From: an uncultured delta proteobacterium
GTDB taxonomy: Bacteria; Myxococcota; Myxococcia; SLRQ01
Assembly: GCA_963727485.1 (NCBI GenBank)
Contig: CAVSGM010000001.1
Span: 256,001-320,000 of the forward strand
Length of the DNA stretch: 64,000 bases
Reading direction: 5' to 3'
In this document: positions 20,329 through 34,753 of the stretch, in pieces
Position numbering within the stretch: the first letter of the stretch is position 1
Layout of the letters: the number at the start of each line of letters is the position of its first letter
Notes under the pieces: model-generated
Database searches by the model: none
Seen by the model: only the letters and a program-made list of their open reading frames with translations
What the model was told of the DNA's origin: nothing
Made by a program: the position numbers and the translations under genes

Positions 20329-21796
20329 ATGGCCGTCTTCACCCTCGACGAGATCCTCCGCGCCACCGGGGCGCGGCACCGGCCCGCCGCCACGGCGACG
20401 GGCACGGCGTGCGCCGGTGTGTCCACCGACACCCGGACCCTCGAGCCCGGGGACCTCTTCGTGGCCCTCGCGGGCGAGCGCTTCGACGGCCACCGCTTCC
20501 TGGAGAAGGTCGCCGAGCGCGGGGCCTACGGGGCGGTGGTGGAGAAGGGTCACCCGGCCGTCGACGCCGCCGCCGGGGAGCTCGCCCTCTTCGAGGTCTT
20601 CGACACCCTCCGGGCCCTCGGCGATCTCGGCCGCCTTCCACCGCGGGCGCCTCGCCCGGGTCCCGGTGGTCGCCATCACCGGCTCCAACGGGAAGACCAC
20701 CACCAAGGAGCTCACCGCCGCCGCCCTCGGCGCCGCCCTCGGTCCCGGGCTCAAGACCCGCGGCAACCTCAACAACCTCATCGGCGTGCCCCTCACCCTC
20801 TTCGGCCTCGAGCCCGACCACCCGTTCGCGGTGGTGGAGATGGGCATGAACGCCCTGGGCGAGATCGCGCGGCTCACCGAGATCGCCGAGCCGAGGGTGG
20901 GCGTCATCACCGGCGCCGGGCCGGTGCACCTCGAGGGGCTGGGGACGGTGGACCGGGTGGCCCAGGCCAAGAGCGAGCTCTACCGGGGGCTGGCCGACGG
21001 GGCCACCTGCGTGGTGAACCTCGACGACCCCCGGCTCCCGGCGCTCGCCGACGCCGCCGGGGCGGGCACGCGCCTGGTGCAGGTGACCTTCGGCACCGGG
21101 GCCGGCGCCGACTTCCGCCCGCTGGACGTGGTCCAGGACGCCGAGGCCGGCCTTGGCTTCGAGGTCGAGGTGAGCGCGCGCTTCGGGGGCGGGCGCCTCC
21201 CGGTGCGCCTCCCGCTCCTGGGGATCCACAACGCCCTCAACGCCTGCGCCGCGCTGGCCGCCGCCGCGGCCCTGGGCGCCGACCTCGAGGCCGCCGCCGC
21301 GGGCCTGGCGCAGGTCGAGGGGGTGGGGCGGCGGCTGCGCCGGGCCGAGGGGCCCCGGGGGAGCCTCCTCCTCGACGACTGCTACAACGCCAACCTCGCC
21401 TCCATGGAGGCGGCGCTGGCCACCGGGCGCGCCGTCGCCGACGCCCGGGGCGGGCGCCTCATCGCCGCCCTCGGGGACATGCTCGAGCTCGGTGGCGCCG
21501 AGGCGAGGATGCACCGCCGCCTCGGCGAGCTCGCCGCCGAGGCCGGGGTCGCCACCCTGGTCGCCTTCGGGCCAAGGGCCCAGGCGGCCCATGACGCCGC
21601 CGGCGACGCCGTGCCCCGGCGCCTCCACACCGACGATCCCGCCGCCGCCGCCGCCTTCCTCGCCGAGGGCCTCGCCCCCGCCGACGTGGTGCTGATCAAG
21701 GGCAGCCGGGGGATGGCCATGGAGCGCATCGTCGAGCGCCTCGAGGTCGGCGCCGCGGCCACCGCCCCGGCTCCGGGGAAGGGAGGCCGCCGATGA
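20329..21796 (+). CDS. murF: UDP-MurNAc-pentapeptide synthetase; one-base frameshift near 20629
   Basis: N-part VSTDTR, GERFDGH; C-part AITGSNGKTTTKE, NLNNLIGVP, DDCYNAN, LIKGSRG. Confidence 0.93.
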
Positions 21797-22932
21797 TCTA
21801 CTGGCTCCTCTACCCCTTGGCCGGCCGGTTCCCGGTGTTCAACGTCCTGCGCTACCCGAGCTTCCGGATGATCATGGCCGGGCTCACCGCGCTCCTGTTC
21901 AGCCTGCTCCTCGGGCCCTGGTTCATCGAGCGCCTCCGGGTCGCCCAGCACGGCATGGACACCGTGCGCGAGGACACCCCCGAGAACCACCAGAAGAAGC
22001 GCGGCACCCCGTCCATGGGCGGCCTGCTGATCCTGGCGGCGCTGCTCCTGGGCACCCTGCTCTGGGCCATCCCGACCAGCCCCCTGGTGTGGACGGTGGT
22101 CACGGTGACCGTGGGCTTCGGCGCCGTGGGCTTCGCCGACGACTGGATGAAGTTCCGCAACCGCTCCAAGGGCGTCCCCGGGAAGCTCAAGCTCCTCATC
22201 GAGGCGGCCATCACCGCGGTGGCCATCTACGCCTTCCTCACCGACCACCACCTCATCTTCTCCAGCCACTTCCCCTTCGCCACCGTCGGCTTCCGGCTCG
22301 ACACCCACGTGGCCTTCCCCTTCGTGGCCACCCACACCTTCAACCCCAACCTCGGGTGGGCCTACCCCCTCTTCGCCCTCTTCGTGGTCATGGGGACCGG
22401 CAACGCGGTGAACCTCACCGACGGCCTCGACGGGCTCGCCATCGGCCCCACCATCGTCGCCGCCGTGACCTGGCTGGTGCTCGCCTACGCCGCGGGCACG
22501 GTCATCGCCGGGTTCAACATCGCCGAGTACCTCTACATCCCCCACATCGCCGGGGCCGAGGAGCTCTCCGTCTACGCCGCGGCCATGGCCGGGGCCGGGG
22601 TCGGCTTCCTCTGGTACAACACCTACCCCGCGTCGGTGTTCATGGGCGACGTGGGGTCCCTGGCGCTGGGCGGCGGCCTGGGGATGCTGGCGGTGCTCAC
22701 CAAGAACGAGCTGGTGAGCGCCATCGTCCACGGGGTGTTCCTCCTCGAGGCCCTCTCGGTGATCCTCCAGGTGGCCTCGTTCAAGTCCACCGGGCGCCGG
22801 GTGTTCCGGATGGCGCCGGTGCACCACCACTTCGAGCTCAAGGGGTGGGCCGAGCCGAAGATCATCGTCCGCTTCTGGATCACCTCCATCATCCTCGCCG
22901 GGGTGGCGATCGCGGGGCTCAAGCTGCGATGA
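21793..22932 (+). CDS. mraY: Phospho-N-acetylmuramoyl-pentapeptide transferase
   Basis: GTPSMGG, NAVNLTDGLDGLA, FMGDVGS, MAPVHHHFEL. Confidence 0.97.
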   Translation: MIYWLLYPLAGRFPVFNVLRYPSFRMIMAGLTALLFSLLLGPWFIERLRVAQHGMDTVREDTPENHQKKRGTPSMGGLLILAALLLGTLLWAIPTSPLVWTVVTVTVGFGAVGFADDWMKFRNRSKGVPGKLKLLIEAAITAVAIYAFLTDHHLIFSSHFPFATVGFRLDTHVAFPFVATHTFNPNLGWAYPLFALFVVMGTGNAVNLTDGLDGLAIGPTIVAAVTWLVLAYAAGTVIAGFNIAEYLYIPHIAGAEELSVYAAAMAGAGVGFLWYNTYPASVFMGDVGSLALGGGLGMLAVLTKNELVSAIVHGVFLLEALSVILQVASFKSTGRRVFRMAPVHHHFELKGWAEPKIIVRFWITSIILAGVAIAGLKLR

Positions 22933-24311
22933 CCGCGAAGCTCACCTACGGTCCGCCCTACGCCCTCGAGGGCCTCAAGGTGCTGGTGGTCGGCCTGGGC
23001 CGCTCGGGCCTCGCCGCGGCGCGCCTCTGCGCCCGGGAGGGGGCCACCGTGGTCGCCACCGATCGGCGCCCGGCCGCCGACCTCGACCTGGCGCTGCTCA
23101 CCGGTCTCGAGGTGGAGCTGGTCCTCGGGGCGCACCGGGAGGCCGACTTCACCGGCGCCGACCTCGTGGTCCTCTCCCCGGGCGTGCCCCTGGCGGCGCC
23201 GATGGTCCAGGCGGCGGTGGACGCCTTGGTCCCGGTCCTGGGCGAGGTCGAGCTGGCGGCGAGCTTCCTCACCGGCATCCCGGCCATCGCCATCACCGGC
23301 ACCAACGGCAAGAGCACCACCACCGCGCTCGTCGGCCGGATCCTCGAGGCCGGTGGCCTGCGCCCCTTCGTCGGGGGGAACCTCGGCCGGGCCCTCTCCG
23401 AGGCGGCGCTGGCCGGCGAGAAGCCCAGGTCCCTGGTCCTCGAGCTCTCCAGCTTCCAGCTGGAGACCACCGCGCGCTTCCACCCCCAGGTGGCGGTGGT
23501 CCTTAACCTCACCCCCGACCACCTCGACCGTCACGGGGACCTCGCCGGCTACGCCGCCGCCAAGGCGCGGATCTTCGCCGCCCAGACCGCCGGCGACCAC
23601 GCGGTGGTCAACGGCGACGACCCCAGGGTCAGAGGCCTCGCCGCGAACGGCGCCGCCACCGTCCACCGCTTCGGCGTGGGCGAGCCCGCGCCCGGCGGCT
23701 GCGGCATGGTCGACGGCGCGCTGGTCCTCGACCGACCGGGCGAGGCCGAGGAGCGCTACCGGGTGGACGGCCCGTCCCTCCGCGGACCCCACAACCTCGC
23801 CAACGCCGCCGCCGCGGTCCTCGCCGCCCGGTGCCTGGGCCTCGCCCCCGACGCGATCCAGTCCGGCCTCGACACCTTCCGGGGCCTGCCCCACCGCCTG
23901 GAGTCGGTGCGCAGCCGGGGCGGCATCGAGTGGGTGAACGACTCCAAGGCCACCAACCTCGAGTCGGCGCGCACGGCGCTCAACGCCTTCGACCACGGGG
24001 TCGTCTGGATTGCCGGGGGCCGGGGCAAGGGCGCGCCCTACGCCCCCCTCGCCGAGGTGGTGGGCGGCCGGGTCAAGGCGCTGCTCGGCATCGGCGAGGA
24101 CGGGCCGGTGATCGCCGAGGCCCTCGCCGACGCCGTGGACGGACCGGTGGAGGTGGTGGGCACCCTGGAGGCGGCGGTGGCCCGGGCCGCCCAGCTCGCC
24201 GGCGCCGGCGACGTGGTCCTCCTCTCGCCGGCCTGCGCCTCCTACGACCAGTTCACCGACTACGAGGCGCGGGGCACCCGGTTCAAGCACCTGGTGGAGG
24301 CGCTGCCATGA
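22929..24311 (+). CDS. murD: UDP-MurNAc-L-Ala:D-Glu ligase
   Basis: GLGRSG, AITGTNGKSTTT, ELSSFQL, DHLDRH, NDSKATN, LSPACASYDQF. Confidence 0.96.
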   Translation: MTAKLTYGPPYALEGLKVLVVGLGRSGLAAARLCAREGATVVATDRRPAADLDLALLTGLEVELVLGAHREADFTGADLVVLSPGVPLAAPMVQAAVDALVPVLGEVELAASFLTGIPAIAITGTNGKSTTTALVGRILEAGGLRPFVGGNLGRALSEAALAGEKPRSLVLELSSFQLETTARFHPQVAVVLNLTPDHLDRHGDLAGYAAAKARIFAAQTAGDHAVVNGDDPRVRGLAANGAATVHRFGVGEPAPGGCGMVDGALVLDRPGEAEERYRVDGPSLRGPHNLANAAAAVLAARCLGLAPDAIQSGLDTFRGLPHRLESVRSRGGIEWVNDSKATNLESARTALNAFDHGVVWIAGGRGKGAPYAPLAEVVGGRVKALLGIGEDGPVIAEALADAVDGPVEVVGTLEAAVARAAQLAGAGDVVLLSPACASYDQFTDYEARGTRFKHLVEALP

Positions 24312-25432
24312 ACGAGCGCCGCATCGATCTGGTGCTCCTGTGCACCGTCCTCGCCCTGGCCGCCATCGGGGTGGTGATGGTCTACTCGGCGAGCGCGGTC
24401 TTCGCCGGCAAGACCCTCGGCGACCCGACCTTCTTCCTCAGGCGCCAGCTGGTGGCCCTGGCCATCGGCCTGTTGGGGATGGCGGCGATGGTGCGCCTCG
24501 GTCATGAGCGCCTCCGCCAGCTGGGACCCATGGCGCTGCTGGTGGCGATGGTGGCCCTCATCGCCATCTTCGTCCCCGGCCTCGGCCACGCCGCCGGCGG
24601 CGCCCGGCGCTGGGTGCACCTGGGCCCGGTGAACTTCCAGCCCTCCGAGCTCGCCAAGCCCGCGCTCATCCTCTACCTCGCCTGGTCGCTGTCCCGGAAG
24701 CAGGACCGGATGACCGACTTCAAGGCGGGCTTTCTGGGGCCGGTGCTCATCGCCGGGATCCCCATCGGCCTCATCCTCCTCCAGCCCGACTTCGGCACCG
24801 CGGTGTCGCTGGCCCTGGTGGTCTGCGTGATGCTCTTCGTCGCCGGCGCCCGGGTGAGCTACCTGATGGGCGCCGGGCTCCTGGCCCTGCCGGTGGTCTA
24901 CCACCTGGTCGCCAGCACCCCCTACCGGATGCGCCGGATCATGGCCTTCCTCGACCCCTGGTCGACCCGCCACGACGCCGGCTACCAGGTCGCCGAGTCG
25001 CTGATCTCCATCGGCTCCGGGGGGCTGGCCGGCGTCGGCCTCGGCGACGGACGCCAGAAGCTCTTCTTCCTCCCCGAGGCCCACACCGACTTCATCTACT
25101 CCATCATCGGCGAGGAGCTCGGCCTCATCGGCACCGTGCTCATCATCGTCCTCTTCGCGCTCTTGGTGTGGCGGGGCCTCAAGGCCGCCTACGCCGCCGA
25201 GGACGCCTTCGGGGCCTACCTCGCCCTGGGGCTCACCGCCATCCTCGGTCTCCAGGCGAGCCTCAACATGGCCGTGGCCATGGGGCTGCTGCCCACCAAG
25301 GGCCTCACGCTCCCCTTCATCTCCTACGGGGGCACCAGCCTGGTCCTGTCGCTGGTGGCGGCGGGGATATTGCTCGCGGTCTCCGCCGGGCGCGGCGGGT
25401 ACCTCAAGCCCGAGCCGGGGGCCAGGCGATGA
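24308..25432 (+). CDS. ftsW: SEDS peptidoglycan polymerase FtsW
   Basis: [42 protein letters not shown]. Confidence 0.96.
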   Translation: MNERRIDLVLLCTVLALAAIGVVMVYSASAVFAGKTLGDPTFFLRRQLVALAIGLLGMAAMVRLGHERLRQLGPMALLVAMVALIAIFVPGLGHAAGGARRWVHLGPVNFQPSELAKPALILYLAWSLSRKQDRMTDFKAGFLGPVLIAGIPIGLILLQPDFGTAVSLALVVCVMLFVAGARVSYLMGAGLLALPVVYHLVASTPYRMRRIMAFLDPWSTRHDAGYQVAESLISIGSGGLAGVGLGDGRQKLFFLPEAHTDFIYSIIGEELGLIGTVLIIVLFALLVWRGLKAAYAAEDAFGAYLALGLTAILGLQASLNMAVAMGLLPTKGLTLPFISYGGTSLVLSLVAAGILLAVSAGRGGYLKPEPGARR

Positions 25433-26580
25433 CCCTGCGCGTCCTCATCACCGGTGGCGGCACCGGCGGCCACGTGTTCCCGGGGATCGCCCTCGCCGAG
25501 GAGTTCTCCACCCGGCACCACGAGAACGAGGTCCTCTTCGTGGGGACCGAGCGGGGCATCGAGCGCGAGGCGGTGCCCCGGGCCGGCTACCCCATCGAGT
25601 TCATCGAGGTGGTGGGCCTCAAGCGCAAGGGCGTCCTGGGCCTGGCGCGTGGCCTCCTGCGGCTGCCGCGGGCCCTGTTCCAGGCCCTGGGCATCGTGCG
25701 CCGCTACCGGCCGGGGATCGTCATCGCCGTGGGGGGCTACGCCAGTGGCCCGGTGGCGCTGGCGGCCTGGCTGCTGCGGGTGCCGGTGGTGGTCCAGGAG
25801 CAGAACGCGCTGCCGGGGCTCACCACGCGGGTGGTCTCCCGCTTCGCCCGGCGGATCTTCGTCGCCTTCGAGGCGGCGCGGTCCCACCTCCCGGCGCGCA
25901 AGGTGCTCCTCACCGGCAACCCCATCCGCCAGGCGTTGATGGAGAACTTCCTCCGCCCCACGCCCCCGCGGCCGGCCGACGCCGCGCCGGGGCTCCTGGT
26001 CTTCGGGGGCAGCCAGGGCGCCCGGGCCCTCAACGAGGCCCTGGTGGGCGCGGTGGGCCAGCTGCGCGCGCGCTTCCCCAACCTCAAGGTGGTGCACCAG
26101 ACCGGCGAGCGGGAGCACGACACCGTGGTCGCCGCCTACCGGGAGGCCGGGCTCCTGGAGACCGTCGACGTGCGCCCCTTCATCCACGAGATGTCCGAGG
26201 CCTACGCCGACTGCGACGTGGTGGTCTGCCGCGCCGGGGCCACCACCCTGGCCGAGATCACCGTGTGCAAGAAGGCGTCGATCCTGGTGCCCTTCCCCTT
26301 CGCCGCCGACGACCACCAGACCGTCAACGCGAAGGCGCTGGCCGACGCCGGGGCGGCGGTGCTCCTGCCCCAGGGAGAGCTCACCCCCGAGCGCCTCGCC
26401 GGCGAGGTGGCCGGCCTCCTCGGCGATGCCGGGCGCCGGAAGGCCATGGAGCGCGCCGCCGGCCTCATGGGTCACCCCGAGGCCGCCCGGGAGATCGCCG
26501 ACGTCTGCGTGGAGACCTGGGTCGCCGCCGGCGGCCTGGAGCGCGAGCGGCGCCAGCTTCGCAACGGGGAGGGCGGCTAG
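25429..26580 (+). CDS. murG: Lipid II N-acetylglucosaminyltransferase
   Basis: [32 protein letters not shown]. Confidence 0.96.
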   Translation: MTLRVLITGGGTGGHVFPGIALAEEFSTRHHENEVLFVGTERGIEREAVPRAGYPIEFIEVVGLKRKGVLGLARGLLRLPRALFQALGIVRRYRPGIVIAVGGYASGPVALAAWLLRVPVVVQEQNALPGLTTRVVSRFARRIFVAFEAARSHLPARKVLLTGNPIRQALMENFLRPTPPRPADAAPGLLVFGGSQGARALNEALVGAVGQLRARFPNLKVVHQTGEREHDTVVAAYREAGLLETVDVRPFIHEMSEAYADCDVVVCRAGATTLAEITVCKKASILVPFPFAADDHQTVNAKALADAGAAVLLPQGELTPERLAGEVAGLLGDAGRRKAMERAAGLMGHPEAAREIADVCVETWVAAGGLERERRQLRNGEGG

Positions 26581-26582
26581 CC

Positions 26583-27983
26583 ATGGTCATGTTCCACGGC
26601 AAGGCGAGCCGCATCCACTTCGTGGGCATCGGCGGCATCGGGATGAGCGGCATCGCCGAGGTGCTCCTGAACCTGGGCTACGCGGTCACCGGCTCCGACC
26701 TCAAGCAGAGCGACACCACCCGCAGGCTCGAAGGCTTCGGCGCCAGCATCGTGAGGGGCCATGACCCGGCCCAGGTCGAAGGCGCCGACGTGGTGGTCAT
26801 CTCCAGCGCCGTGCCCCGGACCAACCCCGAGGTGGTCGAGGCGAGGCGCCTGGGGATCCCCGTCATCCCCCGGGCGGAGATGCTCGCCGAGCTGATGCGC
26901 CTGAAGTACGGCGTCGCCGTGGGCGGCTCCCACGGCAAGACCACCACCACCTCCATGGTCGCCCACCTCCTCCAGGCCGGGGGCCTCGATCCCACGGTGG
27001 TCGTCGGCGGCAAGGTCAACACCCTTGGCACCAACGCCCGGGTGGGGCAGGGCGACTACCTGGTCGCCGAGGCCGACGAGAGCGACGGGAGCTTCTTGGT
27101 CTACGCGCCCACCATCGCCGTGGTCACCAACATCGACGCCGAGCACCTGGACCACTACGGCTCCATGGAGGCCCTGCGCGAGGCCTTCCTCCGCTTCGTC
27201 AACCGCCTGCCCTTCTACGGCCTGGCGGTGCTCTGCCTCGACCACCCCGAGGTGCAGCACCTGTTGCCCCGGGTGGAGAAGCGCCACGTCACCTACGGCG
27301 CCGCCTCCCAGGCCGACTGGCAGCTCGGCGAGGTGCGCTACCAGGGGATGCGCGCCGAGTTCGAGGTGGGCCTGCGCGGTGAGGCCCTGGGCACCTACGC
27401 CCTCCCCATGGTCGGCCGGCACAACGTCCTCAACGCCCTGGCGGCGCTGGCCGTCGCCGAGGAGATGGGCGTCCCCCGGGAGGTGGCCCGGGAGGCGCTG
27501 GCCACCTTCGCCGGGGTGCAGCGGCGGTTCACCGTCCGCGGCGAGGTCGACGGAGTCACGGTGGTCGACGACTACGGCCACCACCCGGCGGAGATCCAGG
27601 CGGTGCTCAAGGGTGCCCGCAACGTCTTCGACCGGCGCATCGTCGCCGTGTTCCAGCCCCATCGCTACACCCGCACCCGGGACTGCCTCGACGGGTTCGC
27701 GATGAGCTTCAACGACGCGGACCTGGTCTGCGTCACCGACATCTACGCCGCCGGCGAGTCGCCCCTCGAAGGGGTGAGCGCCGAGGGGCTGGTCGACGCC
27801 ATCCGCCGCCACGGCCACCGGGACGTGACCCACACCGGCGATCTCGAGCGCACCGTCGCCGAGCTCGCCCCGCGGATCCGCGAGGGCGACCTGGTGATCA
27901 CCTTCGGCGCCGGGGACGTGTGGAAGGTCGGCACCGCCCTCCTCGAGCACCTGCGCGCGGGCCACGGGGAGGCGGCGTCATGA
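26583..27983 (+). CDS. murC: UDP-MurNAc:L-Ala ligase
   Basis: [42 protein letters not shown]. Confidence 0.97.
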   Translation: MVMFHGKASRIHFVGIGGIGMSGIAEVLLNLGYAVTGSDLKQSDTTRRLEGFGASIVRGHDPAQVEGADVVVISSAVPRTNPEVVEARRLGIPVIPRAEMLAELMRLKYGVAVGGSHGKTTTTSMVAHLLQAGGLDPTVVVGGKVNTLGTNARVGQGDYLVAEADESDGSFLVYAPTIAVVTNIDAEHLDHYGSMEALREAFLRFVNRLPFYGLAVLCLDHPEVQHLLPRVEKRHVTYGAASQADWQLGEVRYQGMRAEFEVGLRGEALGTYALPMVGRHNVLNALAALAVAEEMGVPREVAREALATFAGVQRRFTVRGEVDGVTVVDDYGHHPAEIQAVLKGARNVFDRRIVAVFQPHRYTRTRDCLDGFAMSFNDADLVCVTDIYAAGESPLEGVSAEGLVDAIRRHGHRDVTHTGDLERTVAELAPRIREGDLVITFGAGDVWKVGTALLEHLRAGHGEAAS

Positions 27984-28921
27984 CCCGGGCCGCGACCCTG
28001 AGCACCCTCGCCTGGCGGGACGACCTGGCGTCGACGGTGAAGGGCACCCTCCTCGCCGACGAGCCCCTGGCGCGCCACACCACGCTCGCCATCGGCGGCC
28101 CCGCCGAGGCCTGGTTCGAGCCGGCGGACACCGCGGATCTCGCCGGTGCCCTGTCGCTGGTGCGCCGGGCCCGGGTGCCCTACTGCGTGGTCGGCGGCGG
28201 CTCCAACCTCCTGGTCGGCGACCGCGGGGTGCGGGGCCTGGTGGTCCACCTCGGCCGGGACTCCTCCCAGGTGGAGGAGACGGAGACCGACGGCGGCGTC
28301 CGCGTGGTCTACCCCGCGGGGATGCCCACCAGCATGGTGCGCCGCCACGCCCGGGAGCGGGGGCTCATCGGCCCCGAGTTCCTCATCGGCATCCCCGGGA
28401 CCCTCGGCGGCGCCATCCAGATGAACGCCGGCACCCGCCTGGGGGAGATGGTCGACGTGGTCGCCGGCGCCGAGGTGGCGCTCCCCGAGGGGCCGCGGTG
28501 GCTCTCCGCCGAGGACTTCGGCTTCGCCTACCGGCAGGCCACCGTGCCCGAGGGCGGCGTCGTCACCCGCATCGCCCTCAACCTGAAGCGCGCCACCACC
28601 GAGGCGGCCGCCGCCGCCCGGGACGCCGCCAAGAACGAGCTGAAGCAGCGCCACGCCACCCAGCCCAAGGGAAAGAGCGCCGGCTCCATCTTCAAGAATC
28701 CCCCCGGCGACCACGCCGGCAGGCTCATCGAAGAGGTGGGCCTCAAGGGCCGTCGCGTCGGGGGCGCGGTGGTCAGCGAGGTCCACGCGAACTTCATCCT
28801 CAACGACGGCGGCGCCACCGCCCGGGACGTCCTCGCGCTCATCGAGGTCTGCCGGGACACGGTGGCGCTGGCCACCGGGGTGTTCCTCGAGCTCGAGGTC
28901 CGCCTCCTGGGAAGCTTCTGA
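27980..28921 (+). CDS. murB: UDP-N-acetylenolpyruvoylglucosamine reductase
   Basis: [40 protein letters not shown]. Confidence 0.96.
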   Translation: MTRAATLSTLAWRDDLASTVKGTLLADEPLARHTTLAIGGPAEAWFEPADTADLAGALSLVRRARVPYCVVGGGSNLLVGDRGVRGLVVHLGRDSSQVEETETDGGVRVVYPAGMPTSMVRRHARERGLIGPEFLIGIPGTLGGAIQMNAGTRLGEMVDVVAGAEVALPEGPRWLSAEDFGFAYRQATVPEGGVVTRIALNLKRATTEAAAAARDAAKNELKQRHATQPKGKSAGSIFKNPPGDHAGRLIEEVGLKGRRVGGAVVSEVHANFILNDGGATARDVLALIEVCRDTVALATGVFLELEVRLLGSF

Positions 28922-28923
28922 TC

Positions 28924-29862
<939 letters not shown>

Positions 29863-29867
29863 CGATC

Positions 29868-30701
29868 ATGGCGCGCAAGTCCAACAAGCGGCGGACGGAT
29901 CCCACGGTGGCCCGCGACAAGGTGCGCGGGGCGGCGCGGAGCGCGTTCGGCTTCGTGGCCCGGCTCCTCGGGGCGGCGGTGGTGGTCGCCGGCACCTTCG
30001 CCGCGGTCATCGCCACCTACCTGTGGATGACCACCTCCTCGCGTTTCGCGGTGCGCGAGGTGGACATCGCCGGCAACCACCACGCCACCCTCGCCGAGCT
30101 GGCGCCCCTGACCGGCCTGGCCCAGGGCACCAACCTGTTCCTGGTCAACGCCGACGAGGTCGCCGCCCGCCTCGAGTCCCACCCCTGGGTGCGCACCGCG
30201 GTGGTGCGCCGGGTCTTCCCCTCCACGGTGCAGGTCACGGTGGACGAGCACCACGCGGTGGCCCTGGTGGCCCTCGGGGGCCTCTACCTCGCCGACGCCG
30301 AGGGGCAGGTGTTCAAGCGCGCCGTCCCCGGCGACCCCATGGGGCTCCCGGTGATCACCGGCCTGAAGCGGGGCGAGGGCGAGGCCGGACGGGCCGCCCT
30401 CGAGGCCGGGGTGCGCCAGGCGCTCACGGTGGCCCGCGACTGGCGCCACTCGCCCATGGCCAAGGTGGCCCGGCTCTCGGAGATCCACCTCGATCCCCTC
30501 GCCGGCGTGAGCCTCACCGCCGCCGGCGACGCGGGGGACGGCAAGCCGATGGTGGTGCACCTCGGCCACCACGATCTCGTGCGGCGGCTTCTGCGACTGC
30601 ACCAGCTCTGGACCACCCTGTCGGCGCGCGGGCAGCGCCCCCAGGAGGTCTTTCTCGACAACCACACGCGACCACAGTGGGTGGTGGCGCGGGTGGACTG
30701 A
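29868..30701 (+). CDS. ftsQ: Cell division protein FtsQ
   Basis: TM helix; POTRA domain (FAVREVDIAGN...HPWVRTAVVRRVFP); lies between ddl and ftsA. Confidence 0.88.
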   Translation: MARKSNKRRTDPTVARDKVRGAARSAFGFVARLLGAAVVVAGTFAAVIATYLWMTTSSRFAVREVDIAGNHHATLAELAPLTGLAQGTNLFLVNADEVAARLESHPWVRTAVVRRVFPSTVQVTVDEHHAVALVALGGLYLADAEGQVFKRAVPGDPMGLPVITGLKRGEGEAGRAALEAGVRQALTVARDWRHSPMAKVARLSEIHLDPLAGVSLTAAGDAGDGKPMVVHLGHHDLVRRLLRLHQLWTTLSARGQRPQEVFLDNHTRPQWVVARVD

Positions 30702-30786
30702 ACGCGGCATCCACGAAGGACCGGACACGGGTGAGAGCCCGGGCGACAGGGGAGACCCGAGCCAACGTCACGGTCGAGGAGGGACA

Positions 30787-32018
30787 ATGGCAAAGCGAGG
30801 CGAGCTGATCGTCGGACTCGACATCGGGACCACCAAGATCTGCGCGATCGTCGGTGAGGTCACCGAGACCGGGTCCATCGACATCATCGGAATCGGCACC
30901 CACCCGTCCAAGGGGCTGCGCAAGGGCGTGGTGATCAACATCGAGTCCACGGTGGACTCCATCAAGAAGGCCATCGAGGAGGCCGAGCTCATGGCCGGCT
31001 GCGAGATCAGCACGGTCTACGCCGGCATCGCCGGGGGGCACATCAAGGGGATTCAACAGCCACGGCGTCGTGGCGGTGAAGGACAAGGAGGTCACCAAGA
31101 CCGACGTGGACCGGGTGATCGACGCGGCCAAGGCCATCGCCATCCCCATGGACCGCGAGGTGATCCACATCCTCCCCCAGGAGTTCATCGTCGACGACCA
31201 GGACGGGATCCGCGAGCCCCTCGGGATGAGCGGGGTCCGCCTCGAGGCCCAGGTGCACATCGTCACCGGCGCGGTCACGTAGCGCCCAGAACATCATCAA
31301 GTGCGCCAACCGCTGCGGCCTCAACGTCGCCGACATCGTCCTGGAGCAGCTGGCCAGCTCCGAGGCGGTGCTCACCGACGACGAGAAGGAGCTGGGGGTG
31401 GCCCTGGTGGACATCGGCGGCGGCACCACCGACATCGCCATCTTCTCCGAGGGGGCCATCGTCCACACCAGCGTCCTGGCGGTGGGCGGCAACCACCTCA
31501 CCAACGACATCGCGGTGGGGCTGCGCACGCCCACCCACGAGGCGGAGAAGATCAAGCAGAAGTACGGCTGCGCCATGAGCGCCATGGTCGACCGCGAGGA
31601 GACCATCGAGGTCCCCAGCGTCGGCGGCCGGCCGCCCCGGGTGCTCTCCCGGCAGATCCTCTGCGAGATCATCGAGCCCCGGGTGGAAGAGATGTTCATG
31701 CTGGTGCAGCGCGAGCTCCAGAAGTCGGGCTACGAGGACCTGCTGGCCAGCGGGGTGGTCATCACCGGCGGCTCCACGCTGCTGGAGGGGATGCCCGAGC
31801 TCGCCGAGGACGTGCTGGGCCTGCCGGTGCGGCGCGGGCTGCCCCGGGGAATCGGCGGGCTGGTCGATGTGGTCAGGAGCCCGATGTACGCCACCGGCGT
31901 GGGCCTGGTGCTCTACGGCAGCCAGAACACCGACGCCAAGCACTTCCGGGTGCGCGACGAGAACGTCTACGGGAAGGTCCGGGGCCGGATGAAGTCGTGG
32001 CTGGCGGATCTCTTCTAG
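30787..32018 (+). CDS. ftsA: Cell division protein FtsA; two apparent one-base insertions (about 31050 and 31280)
   Basis: GLDIGTTK, GLRKGVV; middle frame REVIHILPQEF; last frame VDIGGGTTD, VITGG and amphipathic end MKSWLADLF. Confidence 0.93.
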
Positions 32019-32102
32019 GAACCAAGGCAGTGGACTCCACCCCGAGAGGGGCGAAGCGGACGCGAGAGCGGATGACGCGACGGAGAACGTGAGGAGGCAG
32101 AC

Positions 32103-33392
<1,290 letters not shown>

Positions 33393-33490
33393 CCTCGGGA
33401 CGCGCGTCTTCCCGCCGGCGTCTGCCTCCGCCGGCCGGGGAGGCGTGCGTCGCCTTGACCCCCCTCCGCCCGAGAGACTAGGAAGCCCCG

Positions 33491-34222
33491 ATGCCCACCC
33501 GCGACCTCAACTGGCGAATCCACGAGAAGAGCGCCGACCAGACCCGGATCCTCGACGGGATCCTGGCCCGGCTGGAGGACGCCGGCGACACCCCGGTGGC
33601 CACCTTCGACCTCGACTCCACCCTCTTCGACAACCGCACCCGGCAGCTCGCCATCCTCACCGAGTTCGCCGAGCGCGCGGGCCTCGAGGGGGTGGGGCGC
33701 CTGACGCCCGAGGAGATCGACGGGTGGCTGGTGGCCGACGCCATCGCGCGCCTCGACGGGGTCGACGGCCGCCTCGACGCCCTGAAGGCCGAGTTCAAGG
33801 CCTTCTGGCGCACCCGCTTCTTCACCAGCGAGATGTGCCGCCACGACGTGCCGCTCCCCGGCGCCGCCGACTTCGTGAACGACGTCGCCGGGGTGGGCAC
33901 CCAGGTCATCTACCTCACCGGTCGCCACGAGCCCATGCGCGCCGGCAGCGCCGAGAGCCTGAAGGCCGGCGGCTTCCCCGAGGGGCGCCTGATCATGAAG
34001 CCCACCCTGGAGATGACCGACACCGCGTTCAAGGAGCTGGCGGTCGGCGAGATCCGCCCCCTGGGCCCGGTGCTCGCCTGCTTCGACAACGAGACCACGC
34101 ATGTGAACCGCCTCCGGGCGGCCTTCCCCGACGCCACGGTGGTCTGGATCCAGACCGACCACTCCCCGGAGGCGGAGCCGGTGGCCGACGGCGTGCCGGC
34201 GATCCACGGGTTCCTGCGCTAG
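33491..34222 (+). CDS. HAD-superfamily hydrolase (acid phosphatase-like)
   Basis: FDLDSTLFD motif I, YLTGR motif II, FK motif III, CFDNE motif IV; TTGACC-N18-TAGGAA promoter 6 nt before ATG. Confidence 0.8.
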   Translation: MPTRDLNWRIHEKSADQTRILDGILARLEDAGDTPVATFDLDSTLFDNRTRQLAILTEFAERAGLEGVGRLTPEEIDGWLVADAIARLDGVDGRLDALKAEFKAFWRTRFFTSEMCRHDVPLPGAADFVNDVAGVGTQVIYLTGRHEPMRAGSAESLKAGGFPEGRLIMKPTLEMTDTAFKELAVGEIRPLGPVLACFDNETTHVNRLRAAFPDATVVWIQTDHSPEAEPVADGVPAIHGFLR

Positions 34223-34253
34223 GCCGGGGCCCGCGCGTCCTCGAGGCGCCGCT

Positions 34254-34739
34254 TCATCGCCCTCGCGCGCGCCGGTGCTGCGGGAACTCGAAGTGGACGA
34301 GGGGGTGCCGGATCACCAGGCGCCCGGCCTCCCGCGTCCGGGCCGGGCGGGTGTCGCAGATTGTCGCGCCCAGGAGGCGATCCAGGCGCCGGTGACCCAA
34401 GGGCGTCAGCGCCAGGGCCAGGGTGCCGGCGACGGTGAGGGCGCCGACGGTCGCGAGGATCCCCCGGACGACTGGCCAGGCCCGCCGGCGCCGGGGCACC
34501 GGCGCGACCGCCTGCACCCCGTCGAGGAAGGCGAAGGGATCCTCGTCGGGACCGAGGCGCGGGCGGTGGCGGGCCGCGCGGCCGGCGGTGAGGGCGGCGC
34601 CAAGGGCGAGGGTGGCGAGGCCGAGGTCCCAGGGGGCGGGGAGCCAGGGGAAGCCGGCGACCCGGCCCACGAGGAGGCCGGCGGTGGCGAAGCTGGCGAC
34701 GGCGGAGAGCTGCAGGGGCAGGCGGGGATCGCGGGTCAT
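34254..34739 (-). CDS. Hypothetical membrane protein (paralog array member 1)
   Basis: Three hydrophobic segments; GAGG SD; shares RRxWPxVRGxLAxVGAxTV with the 35606 gene. Confidence 0.55.
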   Translation of the reverse strand: MTRDPRLPLQLSAVASFATAGLLVGRVAGFPWLPAPWDLGLATLALGAALTAGRAARHRPRLGPDEDPFAFLDGVQAVAPVPRRRRAWPVVRGILATVGALTVAGTLALALTPLGHRRLDRLLGATICDTRPARTREAGRLVIRHPLVHFEFPQHRRARGR

Positions 34740-34753
34740 GGTGGCCTCTCGGG

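Noticed and set aside
31279..31282. In-frame TAG in ftsA as stop-codon recoding
   Set aside because: Homology continues in a different frame after it, so it is an inserted base rather than read-through.
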